Shown here in pieces: positions 26,080 through 34,834 of a stretch of DNA of 64,000 nucleotides. The notes below the pieces were generated by a model. It saw only the letters and a list, made by a program, of their open reading frames with translations. It ran no database searches and was not told where the DNA came from. A program made the translations under genes and the position numbers. This DNA is from Chloroflexota bacterium (GTDB lineage: Bacteria > Chloroflexota > Limnocylindria > P2-11E > CF-107), in NCBI GenBank assembly GCA_005881435.1, contig VBHP01000028.1, positions 4,538 to 68,537 of the forward strand, in the 5' to 3' direction. Numbering within the stretch: the first letter of the stretch is position 1; the number at the start of each line of letters is the position of its first letter.

Positions 26080-27360
26080 TTAGCTCTTGCCTCCGGCGAG
26101 GGTCGCGAGCTCGTCATCGGTGAGGATCCGATCCGACGTCTTCGCGACCGTGAAGATACGGTCGATTGTCTCACGCGTGGGCGCATATCCATGAGTGGTC
26201 AGCCACCACACCACATTGGATTCGCCGCTCATCGGTCCGACCTCGATCCGCTGCTCGCGACCGACGACGGAGGCGGGGACACCTGAGTAGACCCGATCGG
26301 CCAGACCGCGATCCTGCTTCTTGAGGGCCTTGATGACCGCCGCCGCGTGAACGCCGGTTCCGGTGCGGAAGGCGTCCGCGCCGAGGGCCGGGTAGTTCGC
26401 CGGTATCGGCACGCCGCAATGGCGCGACACGAGCTCGACGTATTCGACGAGCGGGGTCAGGTCGCGGTCCAGCAGGCCGCAGAGGTACAGGTTCACCAAG
26501 AGCTGATCCATCGAGGTATTGCCGACGCGCTCGCCGATCCCGAGCGCGCAGCCGTGTACGCGGTCCGCGATCGCCGTGGCGACAAGGGCGTTGATCACAC
26601 CGAGGCCGCGGTCGTTGTGCCCGTGATAGTCGAGCTTCACCGCCGCCTTGGTCGCGGCGATCACGTCTTGACGCAGAAAGGTCAGCACGTTGCGCACTCC
26701 TTCCGGCGTGGCGTGCCCGACGGTGTCCGAGGCACAGATCCGTCGAGCGCCGCACTCGATCGCGAGCGTGTACAGCCGCCGCAGCGTGTCCGGATCGGCG
26801 CGCGTGGTGTCCTCGGTCACGAACATGACCGGCAGGCCGGCCTTGACCGCCATGCTGACAGCGGTCTCGACGTTGCGGAGCATCTCGTCGATGCGCCAGT
26901 CCTCGGCGAAGCGCCGGATCGGACTCGAGCCGATGAAGGCGCACGTCTCGATCGGCACCCCGGCCTCGACGCTGGCCTCGATCGCACCCTGCACGTCGGC
27001 GGGATGCGTCCGCACGGCGCAGTTGGGCTTGAGTTTTCGCAACTTGGTCGTCTCTCTCGCCAGCGCGACGATCGCGACGCGCGCTTGCGACGATGCGCCA
27101 GGCAGACCGATGTCGGCCGAGTCGATGCCGAGCTGGTCCATCAGGTGCAGCAGGCGTTTCTTCACCTCGAGCGGCGGGTTCCGCACCGAAGGCCCCTGCA
27201 GCCCGTCGCGCAGCGTCTCGTCGTCGAGCTCCGGCAATCGGTAATCCGGGCGCGCGGAACGTCCGTCGGTGTTCCAGTCGTACACCAGCTGCGTGAGCTC
27301 CGACACGCCGGTGATGCTAGTCGCGGCCCTGGCTCTCTCCGAGCGGGATCCGCACCACAC
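26080..27360 (-). CDS. 2-isopropylmalate / homocitrate / citramalate synthase family (LeuA-like, long N-terminal form)
   Basis: 426 aa. DRE-TIM barrel motifs (DETLRDGLQ, HGHNDRGLGV, SDTVGHATP). A GTG at 27360 overlaps the upstream GNAT gene; an alternative GTG at 27306 would remove the overlap. Confidence 0.85.
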   Translation of the reverse strand: MWCGSRSERARAATSITGVSELTQLVYDWNTDGRSARPDYRLPELDDETLRDGLQGPSVRNPPLEVKKRLLHLMDQLGIDSADIGLPGASSQARVAIVALARETTKLRKLKPNCAVRTHPADVQGAIEASVEAGVPIETCAFIGSSPIRRFAEDWRIDEMLRNVETAVSMAVKAGLPVMFVTEDTTRADPDTLRRLYTLAIECGARRICASDTVGHATPEGVRNVLTFLRQDVIAATKAAVKLDYHGHNDRGLGVINALVATAIADRVHGCALGIGERVGNTSMDQLLVNLYLCGLLDRDLTPLVEYVELVSRHCGVPIPANYPALGADAFRTGTGVHAAAVIKALKKQDRGLADRVYSGVPASVVGREQRIEVGPMSGESNVVWWLTTHGYAPTRETIDRIFTVAKTSDRILTDDELATLAGGKS

Positions 27361-27919
27361 ACGTGTCCGGCGTGCGTTCGACCACCTCGAAACCCGCCTC
27401 CAGATACATCGCCAGCGGGCCGCGGTAATTGACGTATGCCCAGCGGCCGGGAGTGACCTCGCCGGTATACGGATACGCCTCCACGGCGCGCATGCCGCGC
27501 CGGCGCAGATGCTCCATCGCGGCGTTCAGCAGCGCCGTGGCGATGCCCTGACGGCGCGCGTCCGGAGCGACGACAAAGCAGACGATCGCGCCCAGTGACG
27601 CGTCCCGGTGGCCGTCGACGTTCACGAGCTCGGATTTCGGTGCGGCGTGACACCAGCCGACGACCCGTCCCAGGCGTCGCGCGATGAGTCCGTTCGCCTT
27701 GGCCGAGCGGAGCAGCTCGCTGCGAGCGGCGCGATTCTCGGCCTTGCTCCGTTGTTGGAAGTCGGGATCCAGGCGCTCCATGCAGTAGCAGTCGGACCAC
27801 GCCGGATTGTCGGCGTAGGCCACGAGATCGAAGTAATGCAGCACTTCGTCGTGGAGCTCGGGAGAGACGCGTCGGATGTCGAGGCCCGGAACCGTCACCG
27901 TCCCGAGGTCGTAGCACAT
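27317..27919 (-). CDS. GNAT-family N-acetyltransferase
   Basis: 200 aa. Acetyl-CoA binding region VVAPDARRQGIATALLNAAMEHLRRRGMRAV. Confidence 0.8.
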   Translation of the reverse strand: MCYDLGTVTVPGLDIRRVSPELHDEVLHYFDLVAYADNPAWSDCYCMERLDPDFQQRSKAENRAARSELLRSAKANGLIARRLGRVVGWCHAAPKSELVNVDGHRDASLGAIVCFVVAPDARRQGIATALLNAAMEHLRRRGMRAVEAYPYTGEVTPGRWAYVNYRGPLAMYLEAGFEVVERTPDTCVVRIPLGESQGRD

Positions 27920-28386
27920 CTGTGCTCGCGCCGGAACCGGCGCAGCGCAGACAGCGCCCGACGCTCGCAGGAGAGCTCGGAGTCGCGTGCGATGCGGACC
28001 GACTTGCCTCGGGCGAGCTGACGCACGGCGCTGCGGTGCGAGCGGAACGCTTCGATGTGACCGGCCTCGTGCGCGGCCAGCACCAGCACCGCCTCGTGCC
28101 AGCAGCGGACGCGATAGTCAGGCGCGCCTCGAAGACCGGGGTATCGGCCGGAACAGGGGAACCGACGCTGTGGACCGACGCGCAAGATCGCGCAGTCGCG
28201 GGCGCCAACGAGCGGCGGGAAATGATCGGGGAGCTCGGGCACGTGGTCGTAGCTCATGGCTGACAGCGCTTCTCTGCCGCGGCGGACCCAGACCAGCAGT
28301 CCCGTCCCCGGCGCGTCGCCGAAGCCGGTCCGCACCAGCTGGCGAACGAGCGCTCCCTCGTACCCGCTCGTGTCCCAGACGAACAT
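27895..28386 (-). CDS. Hypothetical protein with an HExxH motif (possible zinc metallopeptidase-like)
   Basis: 163 aa from ATG 28386 (the ORF extends to TTG 28398). Contains LAAHEAGHIEAF. Overlaps the GNAT gene by 25 nt. Confidence 0.35.
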   Translation of the reverse strand: MFVWDTSGYEGALVRQLVRTGFGDAPGTGLLVWVRRGREALSAMSYDHVPELPDHFPPLVGARDCAILRVGPQRRFPCSGRYPGLRGAPDYRVRCWHEAVLVLAAHEAGHIEAFRSHRSAVRQLARGKSVRIARDSELSCERRALSALRRFRREHRCATTSGR

Positions 28387-28429
28387 GCCCTCGCACAAGC
28401 ACGAGCGATGCCCGATTAGCCTAGGGGCC

Positions 28430-29377
28430 GTGAGGCTCGGTGCGCTCCTCTTCAGTCAGGCCACGACCTGGAAGGGCTTCCGGGACGCGGCGGTCCTCGC
28501 CGACCGGATCGGCTACGAGCACGTCTGGACCTGGGACCACCTTTACGCGATCTTCGGCGATCCGTATCAGCCGATCTTCGAGGGCTGGACGGCGCTCGCG
28601 GCGCTCTCCGGCGTCACGTCACGAGCGAGGCTCGGCCTGATGGTCGGAGCAAACACCTTCCGGAATCCCGGAATCGTCGCCAAGATGGCCGCGACGCTCG
28701 ACCACGCCAGCGATGGGCGCGCCATCGTCGGACTGGGCGCGGCCTGGTTCGACCTCGAGCACCAGGCGCATGGCCTCGAATTCGGCGCTACCGCCGGAGC
28801 GCGTCTGCGGTGGTTGGAGGAGTCCGTCGGCATCGTCCGAGACCTTCTCGACGGCAAGGAGGTCACGTACCGCTCCGACAAGTACGGCTTCGATCATGCC
28901 CGCCATCTGCCACGCCCGGTGCAGCGCCGCGTGCCGATCATGATCGGCGGGGGCGGCGAGAAGAAGACGCTCCGCATCGTCGCCAGATATGCCGACATGT
29001 GCAACCTCCAGGGCACGCTCGACGTGCTGAAGCACAAGGACGAAGTCCTGCGAGAGCATTGCCGCGACCTCGGACGGAACGACCAGGAGATCGAGCGCAC
29101 GGTGCTGATCCGCCCAGTCATCCGCGACGACCCGGCGGAGGCGGAGCGGATCTGGCAATCGCAGATGCGGCACAACAAGGTGCCGCCGGATGACCCGAAG
29201 ACCGCCCACGTCGCGGGCACCGTCAACGACCTGGCGAGATTGCTCCGAGATTTTGCCGGGGTCGGCTACGACACGCTCATCGCCGAGCTACCGTCGCCGT
29301 TCGACCGCGAAACGATCGAGCGGCTGGCTACCGAGGTTCGCCCGATGGTGGAATCGGCGGCAGCACCAGCGCGCTGA
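28430..29377 (+). CDS. Luciferase-like monooxygenase-family oxidoreductase (probably F420-dependent)
   Basis: GTG 28430 (VRLGALLF..). About 316 aa with LLM TIM-barrel features (LGLGAAWFDLEHQAHGLEFG, RLRWLEESVGIVRDLLDGKEV). Confidence 0.8.
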   Translation: MRLGALLFSQATTWKGFRDAAVLADRIGYEHVWTWDHLYAIFGDPYQPIFEGWTALAALSGVTSRARLGLMVGANTFRNPGIVAKMAATLDHASDGRAIVGLGAAWFDLEHQAHGLEFGATAGARLRWLEESVGIVRDLLDGKEVTYRSDKYGFDHARHLPRPVQRRVPIMIGGGGEKKTLRIVARYADMCNLQGTLDVLKHKDEVLREHCRDLGRNDQEIERTVLIRPVIRDDPAEAERIWQSQMRHNKVPPDDPKTAHVAGTVNDLARLLRDFAGVGYDTLIAELPSPFDRETIERLATEVRPMVESAAAPAR

Positions 29378-30350
29378 TCAAGAGGCCGACGACCCCCGCC
29401 AGGACCGGCACCCCGGTGAGCGCGGGCACGCGCCACCACGTGCCGAAGGCGAGCGCCACCGTCCCAAGGTAGAGCGCCCAGTACACCGCCGGGACCGCGA
29501 AAGCGAACGCGCGCACTGCCCAGGGTCGATCCAGAGTCGGCGCGAGCCACCACAGCAGTCCATCCCCGACGATGCCCGCGGCGAATGCGACCGCGATCAT
29601 CGCGGCCTGCACTTCGATCGGCGCGTGTCCGCGCATCAGGATCATCGCCACGCCGTTGACGCCGATCAGGATCGTCAGCGAGCCGACCGGTAACGTCCCG
29701 GCGCGGAGGGCGACGATGACGTGCCCGATCAGGAGCGCGCTCCAGAAGAAGACGGCCACCAGTTGACGCTCCATCGTGCCGAACGATGTCGTCGTTCCTT
29801 GCGCGATGAGCGCGGAGTATGCGCCGCCGAACATGGTCATGAAGGTGAAGAGCGAGAACACGGCGGTCAGCGAGAGGACCGCAGGCAAGGCCTCGTTCAG
29901 TGTTCCTCGTGCGCGCGGTCGGAGCCATGCCGCTCGCAACGGACCCGACACCATCAGCACGATGCCGGTCGCGAGCACCAGATGGCTCGGACTGATGAGA
30001 GCCTCGGTGCTGGCCTCGATCCCGAACAGGGTGTGCCACACGGCGTCGAACACGCCGCCGATACCGAACACCACAACGCCGACGGTGGTCCAACCGTAAC
30101 CTGCCGGGATCGCGCCGTGACGTGTCACGATCGCGCCGCCAACGACCGCCGCGACGGCGAGGTAGCCGCTGTAAAAGGCTGCGTGCCAGACGGTCCAGAA
30201 CGAGTCCGGCAGTCCGTAACCGTGGGCCCAGCCGTCCCAGAACAACCCGAATAGCAGCCACGCCGACGCCGCGATCATGAGCCAGTCGAGGACTGCGGCG
30301 GTAGTGACACGAGTGCGACGAACAGTCGTTGTGGCGGCGAGGCTCGCCAT
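29328..30350 (-). CDS. Polytopic integral membrane protein (340 aa, hypothetical)
   Basis: Eight or more TM helices, Trp-rich (WDGWAHGYGLPDSFWTVWHAAFYSGY). Convergent 50-nt overlap with the LLM gene. Confidence 0.6.
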   Translation of the reverse strand: MASLAATTTVRRTRVTTAAVLDWLMIAASAWLLFGLFWDGWAHGYGLPDSFWTVWHAAFYSGYLAVAAVVGGAIVTRHGAIPAGYGWTTVGVVVFGIGGVFDAVWHTLFGIEASTEALISPSHLVLATGIVLMVSGPLRAAWLRPRARGTLNEALPAVLSLTAVFSLFTFMTMFGGAYSALIAQGTTTSFGTMERQLVAVFFWSALLIGHVIVALRAGTLPVGSLTILIGVNGVAMILMRGHAPIEVQAAMIAVAFAAGIVGDGLLWWLAPTLDRPWAVRAFAFAVPAVYWALYLGTVALAFGTWWRVPALTGVPVLAGVVGLLISALVLPPIPPSGEPR

Positions 30351-30564
30351 CTCGGTGGAGCGGACTATACGCGGCGAATGCGCCTGACATTACGGACGGA
30401 CCATCCCGCCGGTGACAGTGGTGCGGACCACGACGAGCGCGTCGCGCGCAACATACGTGGTGCCGGAGCTCGTGGACTAGACCGTTCCTGACGAGCGACA
30501 CCGGGCGATTCGTCCGGCTCGAGCCATGGATCGGGGAAGCGCTCGCCGGAAAGGACACAGTGAG

Positions 30565-30765
30565 ATGTTCGGCAAGCGCATTGCGTTGGTCGCGGTGTCG
30601 CTCCTAATGGCGCTCCTCGCATCGAATGTGGCATTCGCCTCGGTGGCCACGACGGAGACGGGCGCGGGACACGCCAGTCGGCACCTCGTATCCGTCGCGG
30701 CCCCGGTTGCGGGGGATATCGAGTCGCAGCGGATCAACCCCTTCCGCTTCACGTCGGACCGATAG
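30565..30765 (+). CDS. Small secreted peptide precursor (66 aa; about 41-aa mature peptide)
   Basis: ATG 30565 with SD AAAGGA 9 nt upstream. Signal peptide MFGKRIALVAVSLLMALLASNVAFA. Followed 20 nt later by a strong intrinsic terminator. Confidence 0.55.
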   Translation: MFGKRIALVAVSLLMALLASNVAFASVATTETGAGHASRHLVSVAAPVAGDIESQRINPFRFTSDR

Positions 30766-30785
30766 CACTACCGCGCCAATCTGAT

Positions 30786-30816
30786 CCCCGGGACCGTTTT
30801 CGGTCCCGGGGTTTTG
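30786..30816 (+). terminator. Rho-independent terminator
   Basis: CCCCGGGACCG-tttt-CGGTCCCGGGG followed by TTTTG: an 11-bp GC stem, a 4-nt loop and a T-tract. Confidence 0.75.
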
Positions 30817-31020
30817 TCGACTCTCGGCCGGTGCGTACTGGAGCACATGACCGATGTAACGGCAGTGACAGTGGTCGACACGACCGGGGTTGCGTCGCCC
30901 CGGACATAACCGCCACTAAGCCACCGCGGCTACAGCTGTCTCGACACGCCGTGCGCGGATGAAACGTCCGAGCCCTCGAACCATGGATCGGGGTCGGCGT
31001 CGTCGAGAAAGGAATGGGTC

Positions 31021-31599
31021 ATGTTCGGCAAACGACTGCTCACCCTGGCAGCGCTCCCTCTCCTCATCGCGATCGCGTCGAACGTGGCGCTGGCTGCTCC
31101 GGCCGCGTCACAAACGATCACGTTCAATCTGGGTCTGAACTACCAGAGCCTCTTCGGCGGTGGCTTCAACGCGCCGGCGACGCTCAGCGGCGACATCAGC
31201 TCCGATGGACAAATGTCTCGCCTGCGCGGGACGCTGTACGCGCCACTTGGCGCCCAGCGTCTAGAGCTCGATCCCACGACACCGACCGCCATCTCGACCC
31301 AGACGGTGAACTTCTTCTGGCAGGAGTTCCTCGGCTGCGACATGTTCGGTTGCTACTACCGGCAACACAACGCCACGTTCACGCAGCAAACCGGTTCCGG
31401 AAATGTCGATATCCGCCTGGGAACGTTGAGAGGAAGCGGATCGATCGCCTGGGCGACACAAGGTGTGTGCAGCAGCGACTGCCCACCTCCGTACTACGGC
31501 AATCCGTACCCCGGCTACAGCCGTATCGACGGTGCTGTCCTGGACAACAAGGACGGCGGACGGATCAATGCCTGGGGCCAGGCGCCCTCGATCCAGTAA
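31021..31599 (+). CDS. Secreted Cys-containing protein (192 aa, hypothetical), a paralog of the 30565 peptide in its leader and signal peptide only
   Basis: Signal peptide MFGKRLLTLAALPLLIAIASNVALA. Mature part has CDMFGCYY and CSSDCPPPYYGNPYPGY. SD AAAGGA present. Confidence 0.65.
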   Translation: MFGKRLLTLAALPLLIAIASNVALAAPAASQTITFNLGLNYQSLFGGGFNAPATLSGDISSDGQMSRLRGTLYAPLGAQRLELDPTTPTAISTQTVNFFWQEFLGCDMFGCYYRQHNATFTQQTGSGNVDIRLGTLRGSGSIAWATQGVCSSDCPPPYYGNPYPGYSRIDGAVLDNKDGGRINAWGQAPSIQ

Positions 31600-31615
31600 C
31601 GCGTACGCGAACGAT

Positions 31616-31652
31616 GCCCCGGGGTCGAGCGCGATCCCGGGGCTTCTCTTCT
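31616..31652. terminator. Hairpin between convergent genes (possible bidirectional terminator)
   Basis: GCCCCGGG-gtcgagcgcgat-CCCGGGGC followed by TTCTCTTCT. Lies between the 31599 stop (+) and the 31667 stop (-). Confidence 0.5.
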
Positions 31653-31666
31653 ATCCTGCCCGGTTC

Positions 31667-33283
31667 TTATCCGGCTCCCGCGGCAACGGCGGATGCCCCG
31701 CCGATCGCGCGTTCGGCGAGGGCGGTCGGCATGCTGCCACTCGAGGTGATGGCGTCGTGGAACTGGCGCAGTGCGTCGACGTCGCGACGCCCGAGGCGAC
31801 GGAGATAGCGCTCGCGAATGTCGACGATCTCGAGCATGCCGGTGAGATAGGACGAGGCCTGCGTCGGCCACGAGCAGTACCGGCCGACCTCGGCTTTCGC
31901 ATTCGGCTCAGTTAGGTTGCCCCTCTTCATCATGATGGTGTCGACGACGATGCGCGCCGCGCGAAATATCGTGGCCTCGTACTGGTACAGCAGCGCGCGG
32001 GGATCCTCGAAGAAGCCCTGCTCGCGCATGACGCGCTCCGCGTACAGCGCCCAGCCCTCGCCAAAGTACGAGGTCCAGTAGACCTTGCGCACGGGCGATG
32101 GCGCGCGCCACTTCACCATCGTGATGTGCCAGTGATGGCCCGGATACGCCTCGTGCACCGACGTCGTCGGGATCGAGTAGGTGCTGTTCCCCTCCAGCCG
32201 CTGGCGAAGCTCCTCCGGGGACGTGCCCTCAGGCGGATACGGAACGAAGAAGTGGCCCTGCATGCTCGGCGCGAATTGCGGCGGCCCGTTGTACGACGCG
32301 ACCGCGAGGACCGGACGCTGGAACGGGGGCGACGGATCGACAGAGCACTCTTCTCCCGGCGGCAGCGTGACCAGACCGGTGCGCCGAAGGTATTCGCGCG
32401 CGCGCTCGGTCCATTCCGCGTACTCCTCGCGCATTCCGTCCGGCGTCGGAGCGTGTAGCTGGTTCAGCCGTTCGAGCAGCGCCGCCCAGTCTTCCGAGCC
32501 GTCGATCTCCTTCGCCAGCTTCCGCATCTCGCGGTCGAGCCTGTCCCACTCCTCGCGCCCGCGCTCCCGAAGCTGCCGCGCGTCGACGGCCAGCAGCTCC
32601 TTCTCTCGCAGCAGCGCGGTGTAGGTCTGCTCGCCGACGGCATAGGACCCGGAGGCCTTGGTCTTGTTCGTTTCGAGAAAGGTCGCGAATTGATCGAACG
32701 CCTTCGCCGCGACGGCGCCGGACAGCGCGAGCTTCTCGCGAAGTCCGGCGTCGCGAACCTCGGCCGGCAGCAGCTCACGGGCGTACCGCACCGCCGCGCG
32801 TGCCTGACCGATGGCGCGGTCGACGTACACCCGTGGCGTCATCGACCAGTCGATATTGCCGACGCCGGCCGCGATGTTGTCCGGCACTTTTTCCAATCGC
32901 GATCGGGCCGCGGCGACGAGCTCGGGCTCCGGACGCAGGCGATGCAGGAACAGCGTGAAGACGCCGGACAAGCCGGGGTTGAGGTAGGTGGCCGGCTGCT
33001 TCTTCCACATCAGCAGCGGCTCGGTGATCTCACGACCGCGCAGGATCGACACCACGAAGTCGCGGTCGATGCGCTCCTCGAGATCGAGGTCACCGTCGCG
33101 TACCGCCCTGAATTGACGAAGCCAGTCCTGATCCTCGACGCGCCGCCGCTCGAACGCCGACGCCGAGACGTCATCGAGCTGATCGTCGAACTGCGTCAGG
33201 CCGAGCGCGCTGGCACGGACCGGCGAATCCGCATATTCGCGCTTGAGGAACTGTCCGCAGAGAAGCCGAAAGTCCTGATTCAT
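31667..33283 (-). CDS. DUF885-family protein (putative metallopeptidase-like)
   Basis: 538 aa. HEAYPGHHWH motif and overall length match DUF885. Confidence 0.85.
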   Translation of the reverse strand: MNQDFRLLCGQFLKREYADSPVRASALGLTQFDDQLDDVSASAFERRRVEDQDWLRQFRAVRDGDLDLEERIDRDFVVSILRGREITEPLLMWKKQPATYLNPGLSGVFTLFLHRLRPEPELVAAARSRLEKVPDNIAAGVGNIDWSMTPRVYVDRAIGQARAAVRYARELLPAEVRDAGLREKLALSGAVAAKAFDQFATFLETNKTKASGSYAVGEQTYTALLREKELLAVDARQLRERGREEWDRLDREMRKLAKEIDGSEDWAALLERLNQLHAPTPDGMREEYAEWTERAREYLRRTGLVTLPPGEECSVDPSPPFQRPVLAVASYNGPPQFAPSMQGHFFVPYPPEGTSPEELRQRLEGNSTYSIPTTSVHEAYPGHHWHITMVKWRAPSPVRKVYWTSYFGEGWALYAERVMREQGFFEDPRALLYQYEATIFRAARIVVDTIMMKRGNLTEPNAKAEVGRYCSWPTQASSYLTGMLEIVDIRERYLRRLGRRDVDALRQFHDAITSSGSMPTALAERAIGGASAVAAGAG

Positions 33284-34314
33284 TCCGCATCCTCGCCGTA
33301 GACATAACGCGTGAGTGTCGCCGGATCCGGATCGGGATCGTTCTCGGCGGCGGTGATCGCGGCTTCGATGTCGGCGGCGATCTCCTGACGCATGTCCTCC
33401 AACCGCGACGCCGCCACGGCCTGCTGCAGCAGGTACGCAGCCGCCTTATCGATTGGATCCTTCTGCAGCCACGCCTGGAGCTCGTCCTTGCTGCGATAGC
33501 GGCTGTCGTCGTCGTCTGACGAGTGGGGGCGGTAGCGGTAGCACTTCACCTCGACGAGCGTCGGTCCATCGCCGCCCCGCGCGCGGTCGCAGGCCTGTTT
33601 CGTCTTCTCGTAGACATCCAGGACGTCGGTGCCGTCGGCGATCACGCCGGGCATACCGTACGCCGCGGCGCGATCGGCGACGTTCGCCACGGCCATCTGC
33701 AGTTTCACCGGCGTCGAGATCGCGTATTGGTTGTTTTCGATCACGAACACGACCGGAAGCTCATGCACGGCGGCGAAGTTCATGGCCTCGTGGAAGTCGC
33801 CGGGCGATGTCGCACCTTCGCCCCCGTAGGTCACGACGATGTGGTCCTGCTTGCGGATCTTCGCCGCGAGCGCGAGGCCGACAGCATGCGGGAACTGGGT
33901 GGCGATGTGCACCGACCCGGAAAGCATCTTCGCCTTGACGTCGCTGAACTGGTTCACGATCTGCCGCCCGCCGGAGTTCGGATCGGTCGCCTTGGCGAAC
34001 ACTCCGAGGAACTGATCCTTCGCGGTCTGGCCCAGGACCAGCGCCACGCCGACGTCGCGGTAGTACGGCACGCACCAGTCCACGCCCTTGCGGATGCACC
34101 ACGCCGAGCCGACCTCGGCGGCCTCATGCCCGTCGGCGACGCCGACGAACATGGCCTTGCCCATGCGATTCAGCTGCATCATCCGCTCGCCGATCATGCG
34201 GGTCTGCAACATCACGCGGTACATCTGGACCACGTCCTCGAGGGACAGGCCGAGCGACTCGTGGCGCGCCTTCGTTCGAGCGGCCATCTTCATCAGGCGA
34301 CCATCATCGCGCAT
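33280..34314 (-). CDS. Thiamine-diphosphate-dependent 2-oxoacid dehydrogenase E1 component, alpha subunit
   Basis: 344 aa. TPP-binding motif (YGGEGATSPGDFHEAMNFAAVHELPVVFVIENNQYAISTP) and YRYRPHSSDDDDSRYRSKDE. Overlaps the DUF885 start (ATGA). Confidence 0.9.
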   Translation of the reverse strand: MRDDGRLMKMAARTKARHESLGLSLEDVVQMYRVMLQTRMIGERMMQLNRMGKAMFVGVADGHEAAEVGSAWCIRKGVDWCVPYYRDVGVALVLGQTAKDQFLGVFAKATDPNSGGRQIVNQFSDVKAKMLSGSVHIATQFPHAVGLALAAKIRKQDHIVVTYGGEGATSPGDFHEAMNFAAVHELPVVFVIENNQYAISTPVKLQMAVANVADRAAAYGMPGVIADGTDVLDVYEKTKQACDRARGGDGPTLVEVKCYRYRPHSSDDDDSRYRSKDELQAWLQKDPIDKAAAYLLQQAVAASRLEDMRQEIAADIEAAITAAENDPDPDPATLTRYVYGEDAE

Positions 34315-34828
34315 CGGGCGCGGTGGGGGCCGATCGATAGAGGATCGCCGCGAGGACGATCAGCCACGCCGCGAGCGCAAGCCGTGCCGCCGTCCACGCC
34401 ACGCGCACGCCGAACACGTCGCCGAGCAGCGCGGCGAAAGCGAGTACTGATAGGACCATCGTCGCGTAGCCGAGCGGGCGCGGCAGCGCGCCGCTCTCGG
34501 CGCTGAATTTGCCGACGACCCACCACCACATGCCGAGGAAGAGCAGCGCCGCCGGTTCGAGATCGTTGAACGTGAGTGCGCCGATGCCCGCGATCGCCAT
34601 GGCCGTGCCGTTGAGCGCGGTGAGGATCGCCGCGTGCGGATTGAGCGCCGTGAAGCGCAGGTACAGCGTCGAGATCGGCGGCAGCAGCAGACCGAAGCCC
34701 AGCACGGCGAGAAGGCCGTACAGCTGAGGGCCGGCGATGGGGGCGGCCAGCAGGATGTGCAACGACAGCGCCAGGGCTGACAGCAGGGACCAGAACGCCG
34801 CTTTCAATGTGTCGACGTGATCGTTCAC
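34304..34828 (-). CDS. Hypothetical membrane protein (174 aa)
   Basis: Five TM helices. Overlaps the E1-alpha start by 11 nt. Confidence 0.5.
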   Translation of the reverse strand: MNDHVDTLKAAFWSLLSALALSLHILLAAPIAGPQLYGLLAVLGFGLLLPPISTLYLRFTALNPHAAILTALNGTAMAIAGIGALTFNDLEPAALLFLGMWWWVVGKFSAESGALPRPLGYATMVLSVLAFAALLGDVFGVRVAWTAARLALAAWLIVLAAILYRSAPTAPDAR

Positions 34829-34834
34829 GCCGCG

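Noticed and set aside
30526-30765. Upstream ATG 30526 (MDRGSARRKGHSEMFGKR..) as the start of the small secreted peptide
   Set aside because: The same ATGGATCGGGG element upstream of the paralog at 31021 is out of frame with its ATG, so the element is non-coding. ATG 30565 has the SD and starts the signal peptide.
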